64,000 nt of DNA from the human T2T-CHM13v2.0 reference genome, Homo sapiens, in assembly GCF_009914755.1 (NCBI RefSeq), contig NC_060925.1, one strand, 5' to 3'. The notes below the pieces were generated by a model. The model worked only from the letters and a program-made list of their open reading frames with translations. It was not told where the DNA came from and searched no databases. The translations under genes and the position numbers were made by a program. Below, piece after piece: positions 40,776 to 57,119 of the stretch; position 1 is the stretch's first letter; each line of letters opens with the position of its first letter.

Positions 40776-43700
40776 AAGTAATCTAAGTTTCTTGTTTTGA
40801 TAGGGAATGTGGCAGAAAAACCGATAAACTCCAGACAGCAGGTAAACTACAAATGTTTAAAAATGTAAAGATAAACACTAAAATACTTAGAAATGTAACT
40901 TCCAAACAAAGAGAAATTTAAAAGCTAAACTTGATCAAGTCAACAGAAGGCAAGAAAGAAGAAAACAAACTCAAGCATACATGCAAAGAAACAAGCAAAA
41001 CCAATAATAAACTGCACGTAAGATACTAGAAATAAGTATATTAATAATCACAAAATTTATACATGGATTAAATTCACCTGTTAAACAAACCTGTTACACA
41101 GGACAACACACAAAACCAAAATGAACAAATGGGAAAAACATCAGCAATAATCTGTTTAAAAGGGATGCACTTAAAACATAAGGACGCAGGAAAGTTAAAA
41201 GTAAATGGATGGAAAGGGATATATCAGGCATATGATAAAGAAAAGAAACTTAAGGTAGCTACAGTAATATCAATTAAATATATCCTCATGCCAAAATCAT
41301 TGTAAGATTTTTTTAAAATTCATTAATATAATATAAAAGAAAATACCCTGGAAGAAATGTCAATTCTGAATAATATATACCTAACAGCAAAGCTACAAAA
41401 GAGCTGTGCAAAACATTGATGATTACAAAGAAAAGTTAACACATTTACCATCATAAGGATTTTTAAAAAACGAATAAATAGATCAGAGAAATAAAATGGT
41501 TAAGAACACAAAAAAACTGAATGACAAAATTAGCAATTTTAATCTTATGGGCATATACATCTGTACCCAAAAGTTAGAAAAAAAAAGTATTCTTTTCAAA
41601 TAAACATAGAACATATAAAAACTGGCCTGTTACAAAATCACAAAGCAAATTTCAAAAAATGCCAAAAAATTCTGATACCAAATAGACCCAATCTACAGTA
41701 AACTGAAACCAGGAATAACTAACTAAACAAATAAATATAATACTATGAATATTAAAAAGGCATATCACTAAATAGTGGCCCATAGAAGAATTCTAACTTA
41801 AGTTGGAAAATATTTAGAATTGAACAGTAGAATGCTCTGTATCAAAACTTACGAAGGAAAAGAGAAGCACAAATAAACAATACTAGGAAAAGGGGGGCAA
41901 AATGACACTGTAACAAAGATGTTAAAACTAGGAAGAAGGTGGTCTGAACTACTTTATGGCAATACAATTGAAAACTCAGAGAAAATGGACAATTTTCATT
42001 GAAAAGACTATAACGTATTAAAACTCAGGAAGAAAGAGAAAGTCCAACAGACCTATAATCATTAAAAATTTGAATCAATAGTACAAAATCTATCTGCAAA
42101 ACAAAATAAAATAGAAGAAAACAAAACTTCACCCAGGCTAAGGTGATTTAAAAGTAAATTCTACCAATGACATAAGTTAACAGATAACTGTACTATAAAC
42201 TGTTCTAGAGCCAAAATGGGTAAGGGGAAAATATGGGTCCTCTGTTTATTTTATAAGGCTAAAATGACCTAAACCTAAAAATCAGACAAGAACAATTTAA
42301 GGAAAAAAAATTATACTCCAGTCTGAGATATGACTAATGTCATGTATGAATGCCAGGTAACAATACTATATAAAATAGTAGTAGAGTCAACTAGGAATGT
42401 GTTAAAATACTGCAATATAACATCTTGATAAAGTCATATTTACTCAAAGAATGAATGATTTAACAATGGAAAAGCTGTCATTTATCAGATTAACTGATTA
42501 AAGGAAAAACAACCTAACATCATCTTGATGGATGCAGAAAAGTAATTTAGTTACAACCAGAATCATAACAAAAAAACTCTGGTAATCAGAAATGAGAAGG
42601 GATTTCTTAATTTGATAAGATATATATACCAAAAGCTAACTGCAAACATTAAATTAATTTGAAGCTACAGAAACATTACTGCACCTATTTAACATTGTAC
42701 TGAAGGTCATTAGACTCCATGGTAAGAGAAAAAAATAGCACATATAAAGATTGTGAAGAAACAAACCCAAAGTTTCTCATAATTTACGGATTACATGATT
42801 TATTATATGAAAAATCTAGAAGAATCTATAAACTATTTTAAACCGATAAAAAATTAGCAAGATTGCTAGATTCAGGATGAATATACAAAATCAATTCTAA
42901 TCCTAAAGAAGAGCAACACACTATTAAACTGCAAATTTAAACAAGTATCATTTATAATACAGGTAACATTAAAAAATCCATAAGTCGTTTAGGAGCAAAT
43001 CTAACTCATCTAGGTAATGGATTAATAGTAAACATCATGGAACTGTATTAACAGACATAAAACCTGAAACAATAAAAAGAAACACAACATTCATAGATGA
43101 GAAGATTCCATGTTATAGACATAAATGTTCCCAAAATTAAGCTAATTTCAAAGCAGGTCTTAAATACATAAGCCAGTGTTTATGAAGGATTGTTCACATG
43201 TATGTACATGTATGGATATAAATCAATATGCTAATTCTAACAATCACATAGAAAAATGAAGGGCCAAGAATAGCCAAGATAATTTTAGAGCAAGAAAAAG
43301 AATTATAGCAAACACCTCACCATCAGAAATTGACTTCTTAAGGTAAATTGATTCAGCTGGTATGGTTTTGACCGAGATATAACAGAAAAAGTAAGTTGAA
43401 ACTTAATTTGAAAGTCACAAACTTGGGAAAAGCTCGTAGATTTGAGGCAGCTGTCCAGATAATAAATAATGACCCACACAAAGTCAACAATCATAACATT
43501 TCAGGACATTGGGAATAAATAAAACATTCTAAAAGCTTCCAGATATAGAGAGAAAGGCTGTAATAAAAGGACTGAGACTCAGAATGGTGTCAGATGTCTT
43601 AACAGCAACACTGTAAGTTAAAAGACAACATAATGCCTTCTAAATTCTAAGAGGAAAATAGTTTCAAATCTAGAATACTATGTCCAGACAAACTATCAAT

Positions 43701-44462
43701 ACAATATGAAGGCATTTTTCAGACATGGAAGATTATGAAATATTTACTTCCAATGGAACCTTCCTCAGGCAGCTATCACCACACAGGATCCAGGAAACAG
43801 AGTCCAATACTAGAGAACAACATAAATTCCATGAAGACGATGAAAGGTAGTCCTAGGATAGTACCTATGCAGTAGGTCTCTAGAACGAACAGTCCAGATT
43901 AGGAGAATGCAAGACTCCAGTATGAATATCTCCATGGGAAAAAAAGGAACTGCTAAATTCCTTTTATTAAGTAATTCAACGTGGTGGAGAGTTTGAGGAT
44001 AAATTGGTGACAATTACACGGGAAATTAAGCAGAGCAAAGTGGTCACTTACACCAGGAAGAATAAAAAGGTTCTGAAGAAAAGAAATGCAATTTAAAAAA
44101 ACTATGACACGACGATGAGTATTTGTATTGTCATAATAAAATACCAAACAGGATTTAACGAGGTATTGTGTGATAATTACATTGGGAGGATAGAGAGGAT
44201 GTGTACTGGATGGGCAAGAGCAGAGCAAAAGACCTGAATCCTCATCTACCATGGTAGGATAGTATGAGTTAGTATCTAAAAATAAATAATCAAGAGACAG
44301 CAGCACAAATATGGTTATGGGAAATATGTAAGTAAATGAAATGCTCAAAGCACCACTGAACTTGCGTGGGTGATAGAGCAAGACCCTGCCTCAAAAAATA
44401 AGACAATAAAATCTAAAAATTAATTTAAAAATCTGAAATAAAATAAAGTTTCTTCATTATAG

Positions 44463-44752
44463 GTTTTTTTTATTTTTATTTATTTTTATTTATTTATTTT
44501 TCTGGAGTCAGGATCTTGCTGCCACCCAGGCTGGAATGCAATGGCACCATCACGGTCACTGCAGCCTTGACCAGGTCCCAAGCTCAAGCGATCCTCCCAT
44601 CTCATCCTCCTGAGTAACTGGGACTATAGGTGCATGCCACCATGCCTAACTAATTTTTTATATTTTTTTGTAGAGATGAGGTCTTGCTATGTTGCTCAGG
44701 CTGGTCTCAAACTCCTGGGCTCAAGCAATTCTCCTGCCTTGGCCTCCCAAAG
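44463..44752 (-). mobile_element. Alu (J-type), missing ~35 nt at its 5' end
   Basis: Reverse dimer stopping at ...ggcctcccaaag. A short plus-strand Alu 3' stub lies at 44367-44400. Confidence 0.9.
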
Positions 44753-45259
44753 TCTCAAAGACTTTGAGAGGCCTGCCATAGGCCTCTCAAAGCCTATGGT
44801 TTTGAAAATGGAAGTCCAACTTGATATTATGTCCAAGAAAACCATTTTGAGTTCATCAATAAGTATGCTAGAAACAAAACATAAAATATTATCCTATTGT
44901 CCAGAAAAATCAGAATGAATGACTGGGAGGACACACCAGACTTTCAAGAACAAATATAATTGGAGGAAACTCAGAGACAGAAATATTACTCATGCATTCT
45001 GGAATTTGCATTTCGAATGCATTCAAAAGCAATTTAGAGAGGCAAACATCAGACTACAGGGACTCTATCTCCAACTTTGAGTCCATCGGGCTTGTAATAT
45101 GCAGGACTGGAGAATCACTAGCTCTCTCCGTGGAGTTATTTTTCCCTGCAGCTCTATCCTCTCTGGAATGGTGGCCCCAAATTCCAGATGCTAAAGCCTC
45201 CCTGATTTCAATCTCTGTTTTCTCAACTCAGCAACACCACCATGCTATTTCCCTCTTCC

Positions 45260-47460
<2,201 letters not shown>

Positions 47461-47508
47461 TAATTCTTTTTAACAAAGTTATCACTGTAGGACAAATTTT
47501 CCAAAGTT

Positions 47509-47799
47509 GGCCGGGCACGGTGGCTCACGCCTGTAATCCCAGCACTTTGGGAGGCCGAGGTGGGCAGATAACCTGAGGTCAGGAGTTTGAGACCGGCCTG
47601 ACCAACATGGTGAAACCCCATCTCTACAAAAAATACAAAAATTAGCCAGGCGTGGTGGTGCTTGCCTGTATCCCAACTACTTGGGAGGCTGAGGCAGAAG
47701 AATCACTTGAACTCAGGAGGCGGAGGTTGCAGTGAGCTAAGATGGCGCCTCTGCACTCCAGCCTAGGCAACAGAGACTTTGTCTAAAAAAAAAATAATA
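47509..47799 (+). mobile_element. Alu (S-type)
   Basis: TSD ttttccaaagtt on both sides. Confidence 0.94.
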
Positions 47800-47991
47800 A
47801 AATTTTTCCAAAGTTAAAATTACTGGTCTAGAGTAATGTGACATTTTCATGGCTTTTGGAATGTATTATACTAAACTGTCCTCCAAAAAGTTTCTGTCAA
47901 TTAAACTGATATATTTTTGGACCTCTCCTATATGGCCAGAAAAAAATGAAGTTAAAAGAAAAAAAAACAGAATAAAACTGTGGCATATAAA

Positions 47992-48360
<369 letters not shown>

Positions 48361-48845
48361 TAAGCAAATGGGAACATGAAACTAAATCAACTTGTGAACT
48401 TTCTGAAAAAGGGATTCATTTGTTGAACACTATCCCTTAGAATAACTAAGCAATTTAGGAAAGAAAGACAAAAAAGTAAAAGTGCGGGCAAAGCTGCGTT
48501 TTCTTTTTCTATGTGAGACTTAGTTCTTTTACCCCCGGTGAACTTTGAAATATCTAAAGTACAACAGAAGTCACCAACTAAAGAAGGAGCAAACAAGGGT
48601 CTCATAAAGGGTATATTTTATCAATCTTAAGATCACTGATATAAGCAGCTGAAATGGCTTGTGACTTTTTAGACAACCCCACTGTAAGTATGCCCAAATG
48701 CCTTTGTGGAAGGAGGTGGCGCATAGATAGACAAATGGATGGATGGGTAGATAGTATAAATAGATGGTTTCTAAAACAGATATATCAGACAAATAGCAAG
48801 GGAAATGTCTGTGAACAAAATAATTTAGGATTTATCTTTATTTAC

Positions 48846-48939
48846 CGTTCCATCTTCCATCAGCTTCAGACAAGAACCAAAATCTGCTAACCGAATATGT
48901 CCATTCATATCCATCAGTATATTGTCAGGTTTAATGTCT
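48846..48939 (-). CDS. CDC42BPA: CDC42BPA (MRCK-alpha) coding exon (~exon 6, 94 nt, phase 2 to 0): (R)[31 protein letters not shown], catalytic loop and DFG
   Basis: Translation matches the MRCK-alpha kinase subdomains VIb-VII. Minus-strand acceptor ttttttcAG, donor ACG|GTAAAT. Confidence 0.97.
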
Positions 48940-49920
48940 CTGAAAAAATAAATAAATTCAATTTTTAGTGGAAAAATAAACAATTCATTGTTTGGTAAGA
49001 TATTCTTTTTGTCAGAAAAAAATCTCAACTTATTTTAAAAGTAATATTCTAAGAAAATCTATTTAATTACTTTACTAATTCAAATCCTGGTTCTGATTCA
49101 TATTAAAACTTTCTCAAACACATGTAATTTCAGTATTCTTCTAGAGATAAAAAGTAGTGTGGTAATTTTCATTCTGGTTAAATTAATCTTACTATCTTTC
49201 CTTTTGATTTACACAGATTCCAATGTGACTATGGTAGACCTACTTTCTGCATACAGAAGAGTCAACATTACCTGATAACCACAAAAAATACTATCCTCTA
49301 GCCCATGAAACTGGACAGGGAAAAATATACTTTCTAGACCTTAAGATAACTGCAGATAGATAAAGTCTCAATTACTGCAGGTCATGACAACACAAAGAAA
49401 TTGCTTCATAAAGTTGATTTTACAGAAGAACTAAAACAACTGCCTAATAGATTGTCTATATTATTTAAAGCTTTCATTGTCTTTGGATGTTAAGTCAATG
49501 GTGTGTAAGATACCCAAATCTAAACTATATCATATACCAGCTTTTGTATTTGTTTTTGCATGTGAATGCAAACCTTAGAAAAATAATCATATATAAAATG
49601 GTTCTGTAAAGAAGATTCTCAGGGACTTAACAATATTAAGTTTCTAATCATAGTAAAGGTTGTAATTGTGAATAACTAAGAGATTATACCCACCCAACTC
49701 ACTCTACTTTTAGAGGGAGAAAAAGAATCTCTGGAGAACCTATATATTTTTTTAAAAATTACATTGCCATGTAAATTACAGGAATATGGGAGGGCTACTT
49801 TAACCTGAATAATGCCATTTAAGATCTCTATGCTTCAGTTTTACCACCCATAATAAGGGTAAAATATTATAACAGTATTACTTTGATTACTGAAGCAATT
49901 TCTCTGAGTGTGTTGTATAT

Positions 49921-50142
49921 CACAAGTTAGTAAATTATGGCCCACGGCCAAATCTGGTTTGCTGCCTGTTTTTGTAAATAAAGTTTTATTGAAACACAGC
50001 CATGCCCATTCATTTAGGTATTGCCTATGTCTGCTTTCACACTACAAAGGCAAAGTGAGTAGCTGTGACACAGACCACATGGCCTACAAAGCCTAACATA
50101 TTTACTCTCAGGCTGTTTATAGAAAAAGTTTTCAAACCCCTA
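49921..50142. mobile_element. MER58A hAT-Charlie MITE
   Basis: tatggcccacggccaaatctgg...gtaaataaagttttattgaaacacagccatgccc. 8-bp TSD ttgta(t/g)at. Confidence 0.85.
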
Positions 50143-50841
50143 TTGTAGATGATAGATGGTTGCTAAAGAGAGACAGGGTGATTGAAAACAACAATCTGTA
50201 TAGGGTATTAGCTTTATAATCCTCAACATTTGACTGTATTCTAACCTGTTGAAAAAGATCTGCTGTAGGGGAAACATCAAAGAAGTACAGTTTAGTTCTG
50301 GAAGGAAGCTTAGCAATTACTAAGACCATTTTTAGATGAGGAAAAAATATTTTATTCTTTATCTTAAAAATTAAGCTATACAGTCACTACGAATTACTTC
50401 TACTGGTATAGTACTTCTTAGATTGTAAAGGAGATTAAAGGAACTGCAAAGACAGGATTTATATGCATCAATAATATCTTTGCTTATTTTATAGATAGTA
50501 ATTATAAACTATATACATATACATAAAGCATATTATGTGAATATATTTTATTCATAATACTATATAAATAAAATAGAAAATACTAAAAATTAACAAGACA
50601 TTACAGATAGTACTGAAAAACATAAGTATTCTATTACCATTCCTGATCTCATCCTCTCCCTCCACTACCCAGACACAGCTACTATCCTAAATTTGGTGTT
50701 TACTGTATCCATGCATATTTTATACTATTATGCCTATATACAACATCATAAAACTATGTACTTTTTAAAATGTCTTTATAAATGACACCAAACTGTGCAT
50801 TGCCTTTTGCAACTTGGTTTATTCAAATATTATGCTTCATC

Positions 50842-51164
50842 AGCTGGGTGTGATAGTTCATGCCTATAATCCCAGCACTTTGGGAGGCCAAAGGAGGCCG
50901 AGGAGGGAGGATTACTTGAGCCCAGGAGTTTAAGAACAGCCTGTGCAACACAGTGAGACCCCTTCTCTACAAAAAATAAAAATGAAAAATTAGCTGGGCA
51001 GGATGGCACATGCTTGCGATCCCAGCTATTTGGGAGGCTGAAGTGAGAAGATCACCTGAGCCTGGGAGGTCAAGGCTGCAGTGAGCCGTGACTGTGTCAC
51101 TACACTCCAGCCTGGGTGATGGAATGAGAAACTGTCTCCAAAAGAAAAAAATAAAATAAAATAA

Positions 51165-51166
<2 letters not shown>
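50842..51166 (+). mobile_element. Alu (J-type)
   Basis: Dimer whose tail runs into (TG)n. Confidence 0.92.
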
Positions 51167-51198
<32 letters not shown>

Positions 51199-51533
51199 TT
51201 CCAAACATATATGTGTGTGTATATTTGTGTGTTTCCAAACATATGTGTGTGTTTCCAAACATATATGTTTCCAAACGTGTGTATGTTTCCAAACATTTGT
51301 TTCCAAACATGTGTATGTTTCCAAACATGTGTGTGTGTTTCCAAACATATGTGTATGTTTCCAAACATAAATATGTGTGTATGTTTCCAAACATGTGTGT
51401 TTCCAAACATATATGTATGTTTCCAAACATATGTGTGTGTGTTTCCAAACATATATGTGTGTATATGTTTCCAAACATATGTGTGTATGTTTCCAAACAT
51501 ATATATGTGTGTGTATATATGTTTCTAAAACAT
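51167..51533. repeat. (TG)n followed by a minisatellite of 15 perfect GTTTCCAAAC cores (+1 degenerate) with variable AT/GT-dinucleotide spacers
   Basis: Cores counted by eye. Explains the spurious ORFs in all six frames. Confidence 0.95.
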
Positions 51534-52771
51534 CTATTTTGGGACATATTGTTTTAATTCATTAATTTTAATTAATTTTAATTATATACATATCAAAATT
51601 TATCAATTCTCCTGATAACGGAATTTTGATTGTTGCCCATTTTTATTTTGTTAAAACACAGAATGCTGGATGAATATTTTAATAAATGTCTTCTAGTACT
51701 CATATATGAATGCTTCTCCAGACTATAGATGTAGAAGTGAAATTTCTGAGATGAAAGATATGGACATCTTCAACTTTGCTAGCATGATTACGAATACAGT
51801 TGAGAATCTTTTTCATATTATCACTGGTATCATTGGTCATTTTACATTCCTCTTCTATAAAATGCCTGTTAATATCCCTTGCCATTGTAAAAATTGTGTG
51901 TGCACTGTTTTTTGTTTAATCTTCAGGGATTCTATTTACTCGAACTTAGTTCTTCATGATGTGTTACAAATCCCTTCTCCCTGCATGTGGGCTTGTTTTT
52001 CCATTGTTTTTAATGTCCTTCTTATTTGTAAAAAAAAAATATATATATATATATAAAATACTAATGTAGTCTTATAATTTATACTATGATTTCTGTCTTC
52101 CCAGACATCATAAGGATGGTGTCCTAATTTTCTCTTGTGTAAGTTTTAAAGTTATGCTTTTCCAGTTTTTAAATCTACCGGGGATTAATTTTTGTGTGTA
52201 GTGTGAGATAAAGGGCAGTTACATTTCTTTCTACCCCAGCACCATTTACTGAATGATATCCTTTCACCACTATTATCTAATACCACATAGGTCATAAATT
52301 TAGTGGGTGTGTTTCAGGACTCTCAAGAAGAGCAAAAATATTACTGTATTACTCTATTTTTTTTCAGTTGACAATCTTTACAGTGAAAGGGAGCCTATTA
52401 ATAATTGCCAGGATAACAGGCATAAATTGGAACTCTCCCACACAAGCCAAGATGAATGGCCACCCTATCCATATGCCTCTACCTGCACCAATACCACAGT
52501 GTCTTAATTATAAAATAATGAGCTTCCTATCGGCAGAGCATATTTTTTAATTGCCATTACTCTTCTAGATCAATGCTGGAATTAGCTTAATATGTTCTAT
52601 AATACATATTGAAATTTTTATGGGAATCATGATTTTATAGATTAATCTGAAGAGAACTGACATCTTTGCAATGTGACACTTCCCATCTGTATATACACTA
52701 AACCTATAAGTCTTCTTTTATATTCTTCAGTTATGAATTATTTTCCACAGAGAACTTACATGTCTCATCTA

Positions 52772-52973
52772 TAGGCAACATAGTGAGACTCTGTCTCTAT
52801 AAAAAAAAATATTAAATCTTAGGCATTGTGGTGCATGCCTGTGGTCCCAGCTACTCAGGAGGCTACTCAGGAGGCTGAGGTGGAAGGATCACTTGAGCCC
52901 AGGAGTTCAAAGCTGTTGTGAGCCATGATCATGCCACTGCACTTCAGCCTAGGTGAGAGCAAGACTCCTATCT
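52772..52973 (+). mobile_element. 5'-truncated Alu (J-type)
   Basis: End of the left arm plus the right arm, with a 12-nt internal tandem duplication. Confidence 0.88.
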
Positions 52974-52981
52974 CTTTTCAA

Positions 52982-53039
52982 GTGCGTGCGCATGAGCGCA
53001 CACACACGTGCACGCACACACAAACGCACACACACACAC
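52982..53039. repeat. Mixed (CA/CG/TG)n alternating purine-pyrimidine tract
   Basis: gtgcgtgcgcatgagcgcacacacacgtgcacgcacac... Confidence 0.9.
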
Positions 53040-56000
53040 CCCTAACTAAATTTTTAAAAATTCAGACTCTGGAAACCAGATCCTAGTTTCAAAACATTCA
53101 GTAAACTCTCAATAAATCACTAAAATGCAAAGGGCTCAACATTACTCTTATCACTTCACATTTTCTTCCAAATCAATACATAGTCTTCTTGTATAAATAA
53201 TCTTATGTTATATATTAGCAGCTGAGAGAAAGACAGGTTTTAGGAAATAAAATTTCAGGATCCCATAAGCATGTTGGGGGTAGAGTGAGGGTTGGGATAA
53301 GAATGTAACAACTGACAAAGTAAAACATTCAATAAGCATTAATTAAACATTTACAGCATGCAACAAGCACTGAATTAAATGCAATACTATGCACTATAGG
53401 AGTACATAAAAGTAGAAAACAGAAATCCTTCTTCTTATTCCCTCATCACCCCAAAAATATTTATGGGAGTAAACATGTTTATCTCTGCTCCCTCCAGAAC
53501 TACAGTAAAATGACAATACAAGAATTAAAAGGTAGAAACCCACAAGTGAATGTAAGAAAAGACAATGGAAGATGATGGGTGTCAACACAATTTTCAAAGA
53601 TGGAGAACATACATATGATAAATAATGCAGAGCCAAGGAAGCTGAATTATAACTGCCTACAAGGTTGGGAGAAAGGAACTAAATTGACTTGATACATGAT
53701 TTGATGTACTCGAATACTTGAAAATGTACTGTTAGGCATTTAGTACACATAAAAGGAAATTTTAAGAGTACTGACAAACAACTGAAAACAAATTTGAGCC
53801 TATTATTAATTATAGGAAAAATTGTTAGATAAGAAAGGAAAAAATTATAGTATATTTCTTGGCTCAGCAATAAACAATATTTACAAAGTCTCAAAAATGC
53901 AACCATTATCTACCAAGAAGATCAAAAATAGTGATAAAAGTATAGTGAGAGAATGCAGGGAGGAAAAGTAGAAAGAGGAATACAAACAGCTAAATCCTCC
54001 ACTAGCATAGAAGGCAGGCAAAAGAAGTCTTTACAAACTGTCCAAAATTCGCAAATCTAGAAACATCAACATATCAGGACATTAGAGATATGGGGCTAAA
54101 TAACTTTTAAAAAATAGAATTGAATATAGCTGCCACTAGGGAGCAGGCATAAGAGGTATGCTGGAGAGACTACTTTTCAATATAACCTTTTTTTGTATTA
54201 GTTTTTTCTTTACTGTGTTAAGTATTGTTTGATTAAAATTAATTAAAAACCAAAAATACATGTGTAAATGTCTGAATCATTTAATCAAAGAATATGAAAA
54301 TGTTTTCACTAAGCCACTAAGATCATCTGCAGTCCGCAATATATTTTAGTCCAAACAGTTAATGGTTATCAATATCACAGATAAGCACCATGATGTTAAA
54401 ATGACAATATTAATTGGTCTCTGTTTATCCAACAATGAGTACAATTATACATTTAATAAAGTATGTAGCCTACTGACTCACTCCACATCCTTACTCATTT
54501 TATTCCATGGCTGAAGTCTCTGTTCTTAAAATGGTCACTATTTGGGCAGACGGAAACTCTCCTAACCTTCGAAATAACGAGGCCTCAGGAGGGTGGGCTA
54601 TTTCTTCTCCCTAGTCATCTGTTGTGTTTGAAAATATTTAAGTTTTATTTTTGTTTTGGGGGTGAGGCAATATAATAGATAATGCTGGTATGAGGCAGAA
54701 TTTGAAGGATTCATAGGGTAAAAGAGAAAATGGCTTTTCCATCTAGCTGGCCTGAATATTTCACTAAATTACCAGGTGAAAGTAAGGCGTAAAACTTACA
54801 TAAATTCACATACTTTATCACCTCGAGCAAAATAAAACATTTGACCAAGACTATAGCTTGGCCTTCTGAGGTTTCCTTTTTCCTTCAGACTTACCTATTA
54901 TTTTCATTTAAATCTAAATTTATAGTAGTCATAAGAAAAATGTTTGGGGCAAAGTATGATGTGAACTAAGCTGAACTTATACAAGGACCACCCTGGTTCT
55001 TTCTGTACTCTAAAGTGTAAACAAAGTGAGGAGAAGCCACACATTCCAATTCCCATTAGTGCTCACTAGGGGCGGGAGTGGGGGTGCCTCAATGCCTCTG
55101 CTGACCAACATCTATCAACTGAGTAAAGAAGGCTCTTAATTACTTCATAAGGATGTTCTCAATAGGCAGTAAAACAAGCATAGATACTTCATTCAAACTT
55201 GGGGGAGGGGGGCTCAAGAGAGGAGGAATAGCAAGAGCTCTCTAGTGTCACCTGAACAGAAAGAAGGTTACACTTAATTGACAGTACCCACAAACCCAAA
55301 AGGTTCCAACATCTTGAAGAAGTAGGATCAAAGAAAAGTAGGTAGATAAACATCTACCTATTCTCTGTACAAATAATTTGATCACTGAGCTAAGATTTTG
55401 GCATCTTACAATACTACATAAGAATAAAAACTAGAGGCCTCCTAGAAAATGTTTTGCATTCCATATTTGGTAAAATCTTTTTAAATAATGAAGGTCATAA
55501 GTATAAAGTTACCTATGATTATACCTGCTCCAAGAAAATGCAAGTCCTCGTCCTTACATTACCACTGAAATGTATGATCAATTCTTAAAAGGAATTTGAG
55601 TGCTGAAAAGAAGTTGTCCAAAAGTTTTTTTTTGGCTTTCCCTTTCCCTATTCATTATGCAGAAAATACTCTTTAAGATGACAAATGACCTTTTCACTGC
55701 CAAATCCAGTAGCATCTTTTTAGTTTGAATCCTGTAATGACTTCTCTATGACATCTGACACTGCTGGTTATTCTCCCAACTATACCACTTTCTTCTCTAT
55801 TTTTTCTCCCATCTAAAATTAATGCTTCTCAGTTTCCTTTCCTGGTTCCTCTTTTCCCAGAAGCATAATTTCCATTCCCCTAATGCTGCCCTTTCTTAAT
55901 ATGCAGCTCTCTGCTCTCCTTTGTACCTCAATGATCTTTTCCTTGGAAGTACCTGTCATTTCTTAATTTCAGGTTAGTTGGTTGCCCTATGACCTCAAAT

Positions 56001-56242
56001 CTCTGATGAGTTCAAGACAATGTTATAATTTTTGCTTTAAGCAGTCATATGGTTTGTGAAGAAATTAGTAAGAATAAAAAATTTATAGTCTAGTATGTAT
56101 ATCTAGACATTTACAATTTTAAGTGCCTTGGATTCCTTTCTGCAGATCCAAGCTTTCATGTAGTATCATTTCCCTGCAGCCTAAAGAACTTCCTTTAGCA
56201 TGTCTTACAGTGCAGGTCTTCTGGCAATAAATTCTTCTGTTC

Positions 56243-56535
56243 TTTTTTTTTTTTAGACGGAGTCTCACTCTGTCACCCAGGCTCAAGTGCAGTGGCATGA
56301 TCTTGGCTCACTGAAACCTCCACCTCCTGGGTTCAAGCAAGGCTCCTGCCCTCAGCCTCCTGAGTAGCTGGGATTACAGGTGCCCGCCACTAAGCCTGGC
56401 TAATTTTGTATTTTTAGTAGAGGCAGGGTTTCACCATGTTAGTCAGGCTGGTCTCAAACTCCTAACCTCAAGTGATCTGCCTGCCTCAGTGTCCCAAAGT
56501 GCAGGGATTATAGGCATGAGCCATCACACCTGGCT
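56243..56535 (-). mobile_element. Alu (S-type)
   Basis: Full reverse dimer inside a minus-strand L1 ORF1 region. Confidence 0.93.
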
Positions 56536-56624
56536 TCTTGTTCTTTTTGTTCTTCTTTTACTTAAAAATATCATATCACATTTATTTTTGAAGGATATTT
56601 TCACTGGATATATAGAATTCTTAA

Positions 56625-57119
<495 letters not shown>

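Noticed and set aside
50967-51565. ORFs up to 177 aa in all six frames and a CRISPR-like repeat/spacer look
   Set aside because: Low-complexity minisatellite. The 10-nt core is too short, the spacers are simple dinucleotides, the context is a primate intron, and there are no cas genes.
55339-55360. Perfect 9-bp hairpin TAGGTAGAT-aaac-ATCTACCTA (also a 7-bp one at 309-324)
   Set aside because: Short stems like this are expected occasionally in 64 kb, and they are too short for a pre-miRNA.
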